This document shows positions 40,479 through 49,880 of a DNA stretch of 64,000 nt, piece by piece. Source of the DNA: Lachnospiraceae bacterium (lineage in GTDB: Bacteria; Bacillota; Clostridia; Lachnospirales; Lachnospiraceae); the NCBI GenBank assembly GCA_051879195.1, contig JBJELO010000208.1:20007-84006 (forward strand), read 5' to 3'. Within the stretch, counting starts at the first letter, position 1; each line of letters opens with the position of its first letter. Under the pieces are notes generated by a model. That model saw nothing but the letters and a program-made list of their open reading frames with translations, was not told the origin of the DNA and ran no database searches. The position numbers were made by a program, and so were the translations under genes.

Positions 40479-40644
40479 AGACTGGCACTGCCGGGAGTTT
40501 TTCGGTCAATTTGGACCAGATACAGATCGGCAGGAGGGAAAAACCGCCTGAAATCAGAAAAGCACTTACAGAATACGGATATATTTCCGCAATCCGGTAA
40601 GTGCTTTTTCAGCAGCTGATGCACTGCGCCTGTGGGAAGCGGGT

Positions 40645-40980
40645 TCAGATCGTGTCATTTCCCCAGATTTCCAGAGTTTTGATCAGTTTTCTTTTCTGCT
40701 GTGCATCCAGATGGGATATTTTTTCAAGGAGTTCGTTGTCCAGTGCTGTCTTTTCGTATTCCGGTTCAATCTGGCCTACCAGAGAGTCCAGTGTGATTCC
40801 GGCCAGTCTGGCATAATAGGTCAGCATGCGCAGTGACATGGCCGTGCGGTTGTTTTCCACGTTGCTGATGTATCCGGGAGTGACATTGAGTGCTCTGGCT
40901 ACCTGATTCTGGGTCAGTCCCATCTGGAGCCGAAGTTCCTTTACCCGTGCTCCCAGTTTTTCGTTGTCAAATTTTTCCAT
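40645..40980 (-). CDS. XRE-family HTH regulator
   Basis: GLTQNQVARALNVTPGYISNVENN. Confidence 0.88.
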   Translation of the reverse strand: MEKFDNEKLGARVKELRLQMGLTQNQVARALNVTPGYISNVENNRTAMSLRMLTYYARLAGITLDSLVGQIEPEYEKTALDNELLEKISHLDAQQKRKLIKTLEIWGNDTI

Positions 40981-41227
40981 ATCAAATCCTCCGTAATTTC
41001 ATAGAAATAGCAACGGCTGCTGTTCAGATCAGGATTCCGTGCAGTCGGTACGGCACGGAAATCAACAGTGAATATAGTATGTTCAGATAAAAGTATACTA
41101 TAAATATTTCCGGAAATAAATTCACTAATAGTATTGAAAACATTTTATAGGAATAAGAATAATTTTGGAAAGCAGGGCGGCAGAGCAATCAATCTGAAAA
41201 TCAACAAAAATGATTTGATGATTCTTC

Positions 41228-41258
41228 TTGACTTAAAGTTGACTTTAAGTGTTGCGAT
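41228..41258 (+). promoter_or_regulatory. MerR-type promoter/operator
   Basis: TTGACT-19bp-TGCGAT with perfect dyad ACTTAAAGT-TG-ACTTTAAGT. Confidence 0.7.
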
Positions 41259-41311
41259 AATGGATGTAAGGACGAAAAATTATTGTAGCAATCCCTGGGA
41301 GGACATGGATT

Positions 41312-41517
41312 ATGAAATCAAAAGTTTATTTTACAAGAACAATTACGCCTGAAAAAGTACTGGAGATGTATCGTCGCTGGATAAGCAGCTGCCCGGTAAA
41401 GTTGCAGTCAAACATCTGCTTGAGCGGATCGAGTCACGTAACGGTGTGCTGACCGATGATGCAGCAGCGGAGCTTGGATACGGCTCAAAAGAATATGAAC
41501 TGATTGAAGTGGACTGA
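41312..41517 (+). pseudogene. DUF362-like Fe-S protein relic (N- and C-termini joined, frameshifted)
   Basis: MKSKVYFTRTITPEKVLEMY / LDKQLPGKVAVK | HLLERIESRNGV...AAAELGYGSKEYELIEVD*. Confidence 0.6.
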
Positions 41518-41568
41518 CAGAGCATAGACCAGCTGAACTGTCAGAAAAGCCTGGTAAATATGTTTTCA

Positions 41569-41618
41569 GAAAAACAGGGCCGCGTGCCTGCCGGATTACC
41601 GGAGGTGCGCGGCCCTGT
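41569..41618 (-). terminator. Terminator of the flavodiiron gene
   Basis: ACAGGGCCGCG...CGCGGCCCTGT stem followed by a T run on the minus strand. Confidence 0.7.
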
Positions 41619-41685
41619 GTAAATGAAACCGTTACAGGCCGGGCTGCGGTGAACAATCAGTCACAGCCGGTCATAAACTGAACGA

Positions 41686-43476
41686 TCAGCCAATGGGATC
41701 GAAATCAGCTGCGCCGTGCTTGCACAGAGGGCAGATATAATCTTCAGGCAGTTCTTCGCCTTCATATACATAACCGCAGATGCGGCATACAAAGCCCTTC
41801 TTGCCTTCTGTTTCCGGTTTCGGCTTTACGTTGTTCTGGTAATAGGTGTAAGTCATGGTTTCTGCACCGGAGATTACTCTTGCTTCTGTAATGCTGCAGA
41901 TGAACATGCCATGAGTACCCATATCAATATAATCTTCCACTTTCAGAGACATGAATGAGTTGATATGTCTGGGCAGGAAGATCAGGCCGTTATCGGAACG
42001 AAGCGGTGTGCAGCCTGCAAATTTGTCCACATTTCTGCCGCTCTGGAAACCGAAGTTTTCAAATACGCTGAAAGGTGCGTCAACAGACAGGCAGTTTACA
42101 TTCATGATACCGGTCTGTTTGATCACATGGTGAGAGTAGTTGGCCTTGTTGATGGTAACGGCAACACGGTTGGGTGTGCTGGTCAGCTGAGTAACAGTGT
42201 TGACAATGAGGCCGTTGTCTTTCTTACCGTCGTTGGATGTAACAACGTACAGACCGTATCCGATATTGAACAGTGCGTTCAGATCGTTCTTGTTGGCTGT
42301 TGCGTCCTGCTGTGCCAGATAGTCGCGGCAGAGTTCGTTGGCCATCTCTTCAATCTGATTGCGGCTTTCTTCAGACAGAGCGGACTTGATGGTAACGTTG
42401 TTTTCCGTAAAGTTCAGCTTCGGTGAGCCTTCAAACATATTCTTCATGGTTTTAATTGCCATGGGTGCCCAGGAACCGTTCTCCATCATGGCGATGGTGC
42501 GGTTCTGGTAGTTGCGTTCGGTCAGATGTTCGATGAAGTCGCGCATGAAGGGGAAAATACCTGCGTTGTAGGTTGTGGTAGCCAGTACCAGCTTGCTGTA
42601 ACGGAATGCATCTTCCACAGCTTCTGCCATATCGCAGCGGGCCAGATCGTTGACAACAACCTTGGGGCAGCCTTTTGCACGCAGCTTGTCTGCCAGAAGT
42701 TCAACTGCCTTTTTGGTATGGCCGTAAACAGAAGTATAGGCGATCACGATGCCTTCTTCTTCTACTGCGTAGGAAGACCAGATATTGTACAGATTAAGAT
42801 AATAGCCAAGATTCTCTTTCAGAATCGGTCCGTGCAGAGGGCAGATGGTCTGGATGTCCAGTGTAGCTGCCTTTTTCAGCAGATTCTGAACCTGTTTGCC
42901 GTATTTGCCCACGATGCCGATATAGTAGCGGCGTGCTTCGCATGCCCAGTCTTCTTCCACATCGAGAGCACCGAATTTGCCGAAGCCATCAGCAGAGAAA
43001 AGCACTTTGTCGTAAGTATCATAGGTAACCATAACCTCGGGCCAGTGAACCATGGGTGCGGCTACGAATGCCAGGGTGTGTTTGCCAAGGCTGAGAGTAT
43101 CGCCTTCTTTGATGACGATCTGTCTGTCTGCAAAATCAGTGCCGAAGAACTGTTTCATCATGGTAAATGCTTTTGCAGAAGAAACGATGGTCGTTTCGGT
43201 GTAGACATTCATGAAATTGGCGATATTGGCTGCATGATCGGGCTCCATATGCTGTACGATCAGGTAATCGGGACGGCGGTCACCCAGTACATTCTGCAGG
43301 TTATCCAGCCATTCATGCTTGAAATGCTGATCCACAGTATCCATAACGGCAATCTTATCGTCCATGATCACATAAGAATTGTATGCCATACCGTTTTCAA
43401 CAACGTACTGCCCTTCGAACAGGTCCACTTCGTGGTCGTTGACACCAACGTATTTAATATCGTTTGTAATTTCCAT
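41686..43476 (-). CDS. fprA: Flavodiiron protein with flavin-reductase and rubredoxin domains (class D architecture)
   Basis: HMEPDH, VHWPE, SADGFG, PLHG; flavodoxin SVYGHT; flavin reductase IGYGLYVV..GTH; C-terminal CRIC..CPLC. Confidence 0.92.
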   Translation of the reverse strand: MEITNDIKYVGVNDHEVDLFEGQYVVENGMAYNSYVIMDDKIAVMDTVDQHFKHEWLDNLQNVLGDRRPDYLIVQHMEPDHAANIANFMNVYTETTIVSSAKAFTMMKQFFGTDFADRQIVIKEGDTLSLGKHTLAFVAAPMVHWPEVMVTYDTYDKVLFSADGFGKFGALDVEEDWACEARRYYIGIVGKYGKQVQNLLKKAATLDIQTICPLHGPILKENLGYYLNLYNIWSSYAVEEEGIVIAYTSVYGHTKKAVELLADKLRAKGCPKVVVNDLARCDMAEAVEDAFRYSKLVLATTTYNAGIFPFMRDFIEHLTERNYQNRTIAMMENGSWAPMAIKTMKNMFEGSPKLNFTENNVTIKSALSEESRNQIEEMANELCRDYLAQQDATANKNDLNALFNIGYGLYVVTSNDGKKDNGLIVNTVTQLTSTPNRVAVTINKANYSHHVIKQTGIMNVNCLSVDAPFSVFENFGFQSGRNVDKFAGCTPLRSDNGLIFLPRHINSFMSLKVEDYIDMGTHGMFICSITEARVISGAETMTYTYYQNNVKPKPETEGKKGFVCRICGYVYEGEELPEDYICPLCKHGAADFDPIG

Positions 43477-43744
43477 TTCCGTTCACTCCTTTTTGATAAA
43501 TAATAAAGATATCCGGCAGATGATACTGCTGGCCGGACAAAAATGGTTTGTAATATCCGCAGCATTGCAAATACTGGACTCATTATATCATATTTTCGGA
43601 ATAAAGATATAGCTTTTATACAATTTTTATGTTTTTTTTCCGGTGTAATCGGTCATTTTTTTGTATAATTTTTTCTGGTCATACGGATCGGGATTTGATA
43701 GGATATATGGAAAGCGGCCGGAAAGCCGCGATGGAGGTGATTTT

Positions 43745-44380
43745 ATGACGAAAGAAGAACTGACGCTGGAGGTCATTGAGCGCCTGAAAAGGGAATATCC
43801 CGATGCGGGCTGTACGCTGGATTACGATCAGGCATGGAAGCTTCTGGTCAGCGTGCGGCTGGCAGCTCAGTGCACGGATGCCCGTGTCAATGTGGTCGTT
43901 GAGGATCTGTATGCACAATATCCGGATATTGACGCGCTGGCTGATGCGGATGTGGAGGATATTGAGCGGATCGTGCGTCCCTGCGGTCTGGGAAAAAGCA
44001 AAGCCAGGGATATCAGTGCCTGCATGAAGATGCTGAGAGATGAATATGGAGGAAAAATCCCGAAAGATTTTAATAAGATTCTGAAGCTGCCCGGGGTTGG
44101 GCGGAAAAGTGCCAACCTGATCATGGGTGATGTATTCGGTGAGCCGGCCATCGTTACGGATACCCACTGCATCCGTCTGGTGAACCGGATCGGTCTGGTG
44201 GACGGAATCAAAGAACCGAAAAAGGTGGAGATGGCCCTGTGGAAGCTGGTTCCGCCTGAAGAGGGCAGCGATTTCTGCCACAGACTGGTATATCATGGAA
44301 GAGATGTCTGTACAGCGCGGACAAAACCGCACTGCGAACGCTGCTGCCTGCAGGATATCTGCCGGAAATGCGGTGTATAG
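43745..44380 (+). CDS. nth: Endonuclease III
   Basis: AAQCTD, LPGVGRKSAN HhH, DTH, C-X6-C-X2-C-X5-C. Confidence 0.95.
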   Translation: MTKEELTLEVIERLKREYPDAGCTLDYDQAWKLLVSVRLAAQCTDARVNVVVEDLYAQYPDIDALADADVEDIERIVRPCGLGKSKARDISACMKMLRDEYGGKIPKDFNKILKLPGVGRKSANLIMGDVFGEPAIVTDTHCIRLVNRIGLVDGIKEPKKVEMALWKLVPPEEGSDFCHRLVYHGRDVCTARTKPHCERCCLQDICRKCGV

Positions 44381-44610
44381 AGCACAGGGACAAATGTAAA
44401 AGTGCAGGAAAAACTTTAATCTTTTTTTAAAATCATAAGGATGCTCTTGCGCAGAAATAAATGCCCTGATATACTATGCTTTATCGGAAGAATCCCGGTC
44501 CGGGCGGCAGAACAGGGGGCTGCAGCAGGAGGACAGGGATTCTTTCTGAAATGAAACCCAAAAGATGATTTTGTTCCGAGTGATAAAGGGGAGAAATTCT
44601 GAAGCGATTT

Positions 44611-45345
44611 ATGAACAAGAATAAACAATTGCCGGCGAAGATTCGGTCAATGATACCGAAGGACAGGCTTGTGCCGCTGATTCTGGCGGTGGCTGTCAAT
44701 ATGGCCGTTTATGCCGGTGCGAGGATGATTGCGGGAGACTGGTACCATTATAATATTGAGACTTCTCTTGACAGGATGATACCGTTCTGGCCGCCGTCCG
44801 CGGCAATTTACCTGGGATGCTATATTTTCTGGGCAGTTAACTACATTCTGATTGCCAGGCAGGAGAAACGGAAAGTGTGTCAGTTTTTTGCTGGTGATGT
44901 TCTTTCCAGATTGGTCTGTCTGGCTTTTTTCCTGCTGATTCCAACTACAAATACGCGTCCTGCTGTGGAAGATACAGGTTTCTGGAATCTGGTGATGCGC
45001 CTGATCTATGCAGTGGATGCGCCTGACAACCTGTTTCCGTCGATTCACTGTCTGGTCAGCTGGCTGTGTTATATCGGAATCAGGGACTGCAGGAAGATCC
45101 CTCTCGGATACCGGATATTTTCCGGCGTTCTGGCGGTGGCGGTCTGTATTTCCACACTGACGACGAAACAGCATGTTATTGCAGATGTGGCAGGAGGAAT
45201 CCTTCTGGCAGAGCTTTGTTTTCATATGGGTAAATGCCCGGCTGTGTACCGGCCTTATGAGAAACTGATAGACTGGATCAACGAAAGAATTTTCAGCAGC
45301 AGGAGGGAGGAAGACCATGCAGAACAGAAAGAAAGCGCTGTTTAA
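44611..45345 (+). CDS. PAP2-superfamily membrane phosphatase/phosphotransferase
   Basis: RP, NLFPSIH, STLTTKQHVIADVAGG. Confidence 0.82.
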   Translation: MNKNKQLPAKIRSMIPKDRLVPLILAVAVNMAVYAGARMIAGDWYHYNIETSLDRMIPFWPPSAAIYLGCYIFWAVNYILIARQEKRKVCQFFAGDVLSRLVCLAFFLLIPTTNTRPAVEDTGFWNLVMRLIYAVDAPDNLFPSIHCLVSWLCYIGIRDCRKIPLGYRIFSGVLAVAVCISTLTTKQHVIADVAGGILLAELCFHMGKCPAVYRPYEKLIDWINERIFSSRREEDHAEQKESAV

Positions 45346-46330
45346 TACGTTTTTTCTGTTTGCTGTATTCGGTCTGACCCTGTACGGTGTTTTTTACGGA
45401 GAAGATCTGGGCGCCATGCTGGAGGCAATTGAGGGTGTGGATGTGCTGTGGCTGATTCCCGGAATTTGTCTGGTGGTCTTTTTTATCTGGTGTGAATCCA
45501 TCATCATCTGGTACATGATGCGTTCTTTTCAAGTCCGTCTGAAGAAACGAATCTGCTTTCTTTTTTCATCCGTGGGCTTTTTTTTCAGCTGTATTACTCC
45601 GTCGGCAAGCGGCGGTCAGCCCATGCAGATTTACTACATGAAAAAAGAGAATATCCCCATACCGATATCAACGGTGATTCTGATGATCGTTACGATTACA
45701 TACAAACTGGTTCTGGTGGTGACCGGACTGGGAATCCTGCTGTTCGGACAGGGATTTCTTCACTGTTATCTGGAGGGGATTCTGCCGGTTTTCTATCTGG
45801 GACTGGGTTTGAATGTTTTCTGTGTTTCGTTTATGACGGTTCTTGTATTTCATCCGGTATTTGCCGAGACGATTCTGACTGCAGGAAGAAAACTGCTGGA
45901 AAGGCTGCGTCTGATCAGGCACAAAAAGGAACGGATCGAAAAACTGCAGAAATCCATGGAGGTTTACAGAGAAACCGCTGCTTATCTGGGAACCCATAAA
46001 CATGTGCTTGCGCATGTGATTCTGATAACGTTTGTGCAGAGAATTGCACTGTTTGCCGTAACCGGATGTGTCTACGCGGCATTTCATTTATCAGGTACTT
46101 CCATGTGGGATGTAATCCTGCTTCAGGCGGTGATTTCCGTTTCCGTGGATATGCTGCCGCTGCCGGGAGGGATGGGGATCAGTGAAAAACTGTTCCTGAT
46201 CATCTTTGTTCCGGTATTCGGCAGCCTGACCCTGTCGGCCATGGTTCTTTCCAGGGGACTGAGTTACTACAGCCAGCTGCTGATCAGTGCCGTATTTACA
46301 ATGGTGATGCAGCTCAGGTGCAGAAAATGA
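45317..46330 (+). CDS. UPF0104 / lysylphosphatidylglycerol-synthase TM (flippase-like) protein
   Basis: ITPSASGGQP, PLPGGMGISE, multiple TMs. Confidence 0.85.
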   Translation: MQNRKKALFNTFFLFAVFGLTLYGVFYGEDLGAMLEAIEGVDVLWLIPGICLVVFFIWCESIIIWYMMRSFQVRLKKRICFLFSSVGFFFSCITPSASGGQPMQIYYMKKENIPIPISTVILMIVTITYKLVLVVTGLGILLFGQGFLHCYLEGILPVFYLGLGLNVFCVSFMTVLVFHPVFAETILTAGRKLLERLRLIRHKKERIEKLQKSMEVYRETAAYLGTHKHVLAHVILITFVQRIALFAVTGCVYAAFHLSGTSMWDVILLQAVISVSVDMLPLPGGMGISEKLFLIIFVPVFGSLTLSAMVLSRGLSYYSQLLISAVFTMVMQLRCRK

Positions 46331-46388
46331 TTGCTGTCAGAAATCGGTCCTGAACAGCAGTGAAAGTGAAAAATAGGAGAAAGTTAAT

Positions 46389-47105
46389 ATGCTGGGATTT
46401 TATGATTATACGGTGGTGCTTACATATATCAGTTTTGCTTCCGCAGTGTCGGGGATTTTTCTGGCGTCTTCCGCACATTTCAGGATGGCGGTGTTCTGCC
46501 TGGCTCTGTCGGGGCTGTGCGATATGTTTGACGGAAAAGTTGCAAGGACGAAAAAGAACCGGACAGATGATGAAAAAAGCTTCGGGATTCAGATCGATTC
46601 TCTGTGCGATATGGTCTGCTTCGGCGTTCTGCCCATTGTCATCTGCTACAAGCTGGGTATGAGTCACGTTTACAGTATGGCAATCCTGATCTTTTACGGG
46701 CTGGCGGGTCTGATCCGCCTGGCTTATTTTAATGTTACGGAGATGAAACGCCAGGAAGAAAGCGATGATGCGAGAAAATATTATCAGGGTCTGCCGATTA
46801 CTTCCATGGCGATTGCATTGCCTGTTTTTTTTGTACTGTCGCCCCTGATCCGCAATGCACAGGTGCGGCTGGGTGTGCTGCATGTGCTGGTTGCAGCGGT
46901 TGGTATACTGTTTATTACCAATTTCAGGCTTCGCAAGCCCTCTCCCAGAGAAGTGTTTATTCTGGTGGGAATCGTGGCACTGGCCGTTGTGGTGATTATG
47001 TTTGTCTGGGAAGGATGGCTGTTCTTTCTTCACCGCTATCTGTACCGGTTTCTGGGGAAGACTTTTAAAACCGCATTTCTGATTACAGGAGGAATTGCAG
47101 TATGA
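46389..47105 (+). CDS. pssA: CDP-alcohol phosphatidyltransferase (phosphatidylserine synthase)
   Basis: DMFDGKVAR...G..IDSLCD, RLAYFN, YQGLP; adjacent to psd. Confidence 0.85.
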   Translation: MLGFYDYTVVLTYISFASAVSGIFLASSAHFRMAVFCLALSGLCDMFDGKVARTKKNRTDDEKSFGIQIDSLCDMVCFGVLPIVICYKLGMSHVYSMAILIFYGLAGLIRLAYFNVTEMKRQEESDDARKYYQGLPITSMAIALPVFFVLSPLIRNAQVRLGVLHVLVAAVGILFITNFRLRKPSPREVFILVGIVALAVVVIMFVWEGWLFFLHRYLYRFLGKTFKTAFLITGGIAV

Positions 47106-47992
47106 ACCGGGTGGCAGACCGCAGCGGCAATATAAAGGAAGAACAGTCGCTTCAGGACCGGTTTCTGGAATGGATGTACGGACATGCGGCAGGAAGAATG
47201 CTGCTGCGTCCTCTGGTGTGTCCTGCATTTTCACAGATGGGCGGCCGGCTGCTGAGTACCGGACTGTCAGCTTTTCTAATCCGACCTTTTATCCGTATGA
47301 GCGGGATTGACATGTCCGATTACGAAAAACGGAAATATACTTCCTACAATGATTTCTTTACCAGACAGCTGGTTTCCGGCGCCCGGAGCATCGATCCGGT
47401 ACCGGAACATTTTATCAGTCCCTGCGACAGCCGGCTCAGTGTTTACCGGATAAACGAGGGGGACGATGGACGGTGCGCGGTGAATATCAAATACACCCGT
47501 TATACCGTGGCGTCGCTGCTGAAGAGCCGCAGGCTGACAGCGGAGTATGCGGGAGGTTATCTCTGGGTATTCCGCCTGTGCGTTGATGATTATCATCGGT
47601 ACAGCTATGTGGATGACGGAACCGTATCGGCCGGCCGGCGGATCCCGGGTGTTTTTCATACGGTAAATCCTGTCGCCAATGATGTCTATCCCATTTACAA
47701 GGAGAATACCAGGGAGTATTCTTTTCTGGAATCAAGGCAGTTCGGAACGATTCTGCAGATGGAAGTGGGAGCCCTTCTGGTGGGGAAGATTGAAAACCAT
47801 GTCTGCACCGGTCCGGTCCGGCGCGGTCAGGAAAAAGGACATTTTGCTTTTGGCGGCTCCACTGTGATTCTCATGACGAAAAAAGGAAAGGTGTGCCCTG
47901 ACCGGGATATTCTGGAGAATTCAAAGAAGGGAATCGAGACGCGGGTACTGCTGGGTGAGAAAGTGGGATACGCAGTTTATACAACAGAATAA
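47102..47992 (+). CDS. psd: Phosphatidylserine decarboxylase
   Basis: FFTR, SPCD, DYHR, VGALLVG, FGGST cleavage motif. Confidence 0.92.
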   Translation: MNRVADRSGNIKEEQSLQDRFLEWMYGHAAGRMLLRPLVCPAFSQMGGRLLSTGLSAFLIRPFIRMSGIDMSDYEKRKYTSYNDFFTRQLVSGARSIDPVPEHFISPCDSRLSVYRINEGDDGRCAVNIKYTRYTVASLLKSRRLTAEYAGGYLWVFRLCVDDYHRYSYVDDGTVSAGRRIPGVFHTVNPVANDVYPIYKENTREYSFLESRQFGTILQMEVGALLVGKIENHVCTGPVRRGQEKGHFAFGGSTVILMTKKGKVCPDRDILENSKKGIETRVLLGEKVGYAVYTTE

Positions 47993-47996
47993 ATTC

Positions 47997-48052
47997 ATTA
48001 AGGTACCTTGATTATCTGAGACGGTCGTGTTAAGATATACAGGTACCTTAAT
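47997..48052 (+). promoter_or_regulatory. Promoter flanked by two AGGTACCT palindromic operators
   Basis: ATTAAGGTACCT...AGGTACCTTAAT; TTGATT-17bp-TAAGAT between them. Confidence 0.6.
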
Positions 48053-48116
48053 ATTTGCTCAGCTGTGCATGGATAGCAAGGTGCATGGCTGAATTTTTTT
48101 GTTCCGGAGAGAGATT

Positions 48117-49880
48117 ATGTGGAGCTATGTGAAAAGATATTTTTATCTGGCGGTAATTGCCGCGCTGTTTATGGTGGGAGAAGTGCTGATGGATCTTCTT
48201 CAGCCCGGTTTGATGAGCCGGATCGTGGATGAAGGCGTGTTGGGACTGGATCATGACGGTGTGGGAAATCCCCAGGTGATTCTGACAGAGGGGATTATCA
48301 TGATTGTACTGGTGCTGTTCGGCGGCATGTGCGGTTCCCTGAACAACGTTTTTGTACATATGAGTGCTCAGAATATGGGAAATGATATGCGTAAGGACTG
48401 TTTCCGCAATATTATGAAATTTTCCTTTCCTCAGATGGACCGTTTCGGTACCGGCTCGCTGGTTACCAGAGTGACAAATGATATTACGCAGGTGCAGACT
48501 TATGTGGCTCAGTTTTTTCGCGGTATGATCCGTACTTCCATGCTGATGTTCGGGAGTATCTTTTTCATGTTCCGGCTGAATCATCAGTTCGGTCTGATCG
48601 TGCTGTGTGCGTTTCCGCTGATACTGGGCTGCATGCTGTTCTGTCTGATCCGGTCGGGTCCCATGCTGACACGCCTGCAGAGCCAGCTGGACCGGATCAA
48701 CGATATTATGCAGGAAGATGTTTCGGGAATCCGTATCATCAAGGCCTGTGTCCGTGAAATTTATGAAAAGCTGCGTTTTGGAAAGGCCAATGACGAACTG
48801 GTCAGAACACAGCTGAGTGTATTGATTATTTTTGCATTCATGAATCCTGTGATGAATGCGCTGATGTACGTGGTTGTAATCGTGATTCTTCTGATGGGAT
48901 CATGGCAGGTGACGGCAGGGACGGCGACTCCCGGCACGATCATGGCGGCGATCACCTACACGACCCAGCTGCTGAACGGGATTCTGGGCCTTGTTATGCT
49001 GTTTCAGAATATTACAAAAGGAATTGCATCCTGGAAACGTGTCCGGGAGGTACTTTACAGCCAGCCGGAACTGAAAGACGGCGATTACTGTACCGGTACG
49101 GATGACAGCATGAATCGGGATGAATCTGTGAAAGGCAAAGTTGAGTTTCGTGATGTTTCGTTTGCATTTCCGGGAACGGGGCAGACGGTGCTTCAGCATA
49201 TCAATCTGACCGTCAACCCCGGTGAAACCGTTGCGGTTATGGGTGCGACGGGATGCGGTAAAACAGCGCTTGTCAGTCTGATTCCCCGTTTTTATGATGT
49301 GACGGAAGGTTCTGTTCTGGTGGATGGCGTGGATGTGCGCTGCTTCCGGCAGAAAGATCTGCGTGACAAAGTGTCAGTGGCTCTGCAGAAAACTGAACTG
49401 TTCAGTGCCACGGTTCAGGAAAATATCGGATGGGGAAATCCGGAGGCAGACAGCGGGGAAATCCGTGAAGCAGCCGTTATTGCCCAGGCGGACGGATTTA
49501 TCCGGACGATGTCTGAAGGATATGATACGCCGGTTGCCGAACGGGGCATGAGTCTGTCGGGCGGCCAGAAGCAGCGCGTATCCATTGCAAGGGCGGTTCT
49601 GAAACCGGCGGAAATCCTGATTTTTGATGATTCCACCAGTGCGCTGGATCTGAAAACGGAGGCGGATCTGTACGATGCTTTGCAGGAAGGACGTCCCCGG
49701 ACAACGAAAATCCTGATTGCCCAGCGGATCGCTTCTGTGCGCCGGGCGGACCGGATCGTGGTGCTGAATGAAGGACGGATTGAGGCCTGTGGATCCCATG
49801 AAGACCTGCTGAAAACCTGCGGAACGTATCAGGATATATACCACTCGCAGCTGGGAGAAGAGGAGGAGGATCATGAGTAA
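48117..49880 (+). CDS. Heterodimeric ABC exporter, subunit A
   Basis: TMD + [16 protein letters not shown], degenerate FDDSTS. Confidence 0.92.
   Translation: MWSYVKRYFYLAVIAALFMVGEVLMDLLQPGLMSRIVDEGVLGLDHDGVGNPQVILTEGIIMIVLVLFGGMCGSLNNVFVHMSAQNMGNDMRKDCFRNIMKFSFPQMDRFGTGSLVTRVTNDITQVQTYVAQFFRGMIRTSMLMFGSIFFMFRLNHQFGLIVLCAFPLILGCMLFCLIRSGPMLTRLQSQLDRINDIMQEDVSGIRIIKACVREIYEKLRFGKANDELVRTQLSVLIIFAFMNPVMNALMYVVVIVILLMGSWQVTAGTATPGTIMAAITYTTQLLNGILGLVMLFQNITKGIASWKRVREVLYSQPELKDGDYCTGTDDSMNRDESVKGKVEFRDVSFAFPGTGQTVLQHINLTVNPGETVAVMGATGCGKTALVSLIPRFYDVTEGSVLVDGVDVRCFRQKDLRDKVSVALQKTELFSATVQENIGWGNPEADSGEIREAAVIAQADGFIRTMSEGYDTPVAERGMSLSGGQKQRVSIARAVLKPAEILIFDDSTSALDLKTEADLYDALQEGRPRTTKILIAQRIASVRRADRIVVLNEGRIEACGSHEDLLKTCGTYQDIYHSQLGEEEEDHE

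Noticed and set aside
41305-41517. ORF with an in-frame TGA (MDYEIK...NYA*KSTGD...) suggesting selenocysteine or readthrough
   Set aside because: The +1 frame from ATG 41312 gives a family-like N-terminus (KVYFT..ITPE). A frameshift plus deletion explains it better, and there is no redox-motif context.
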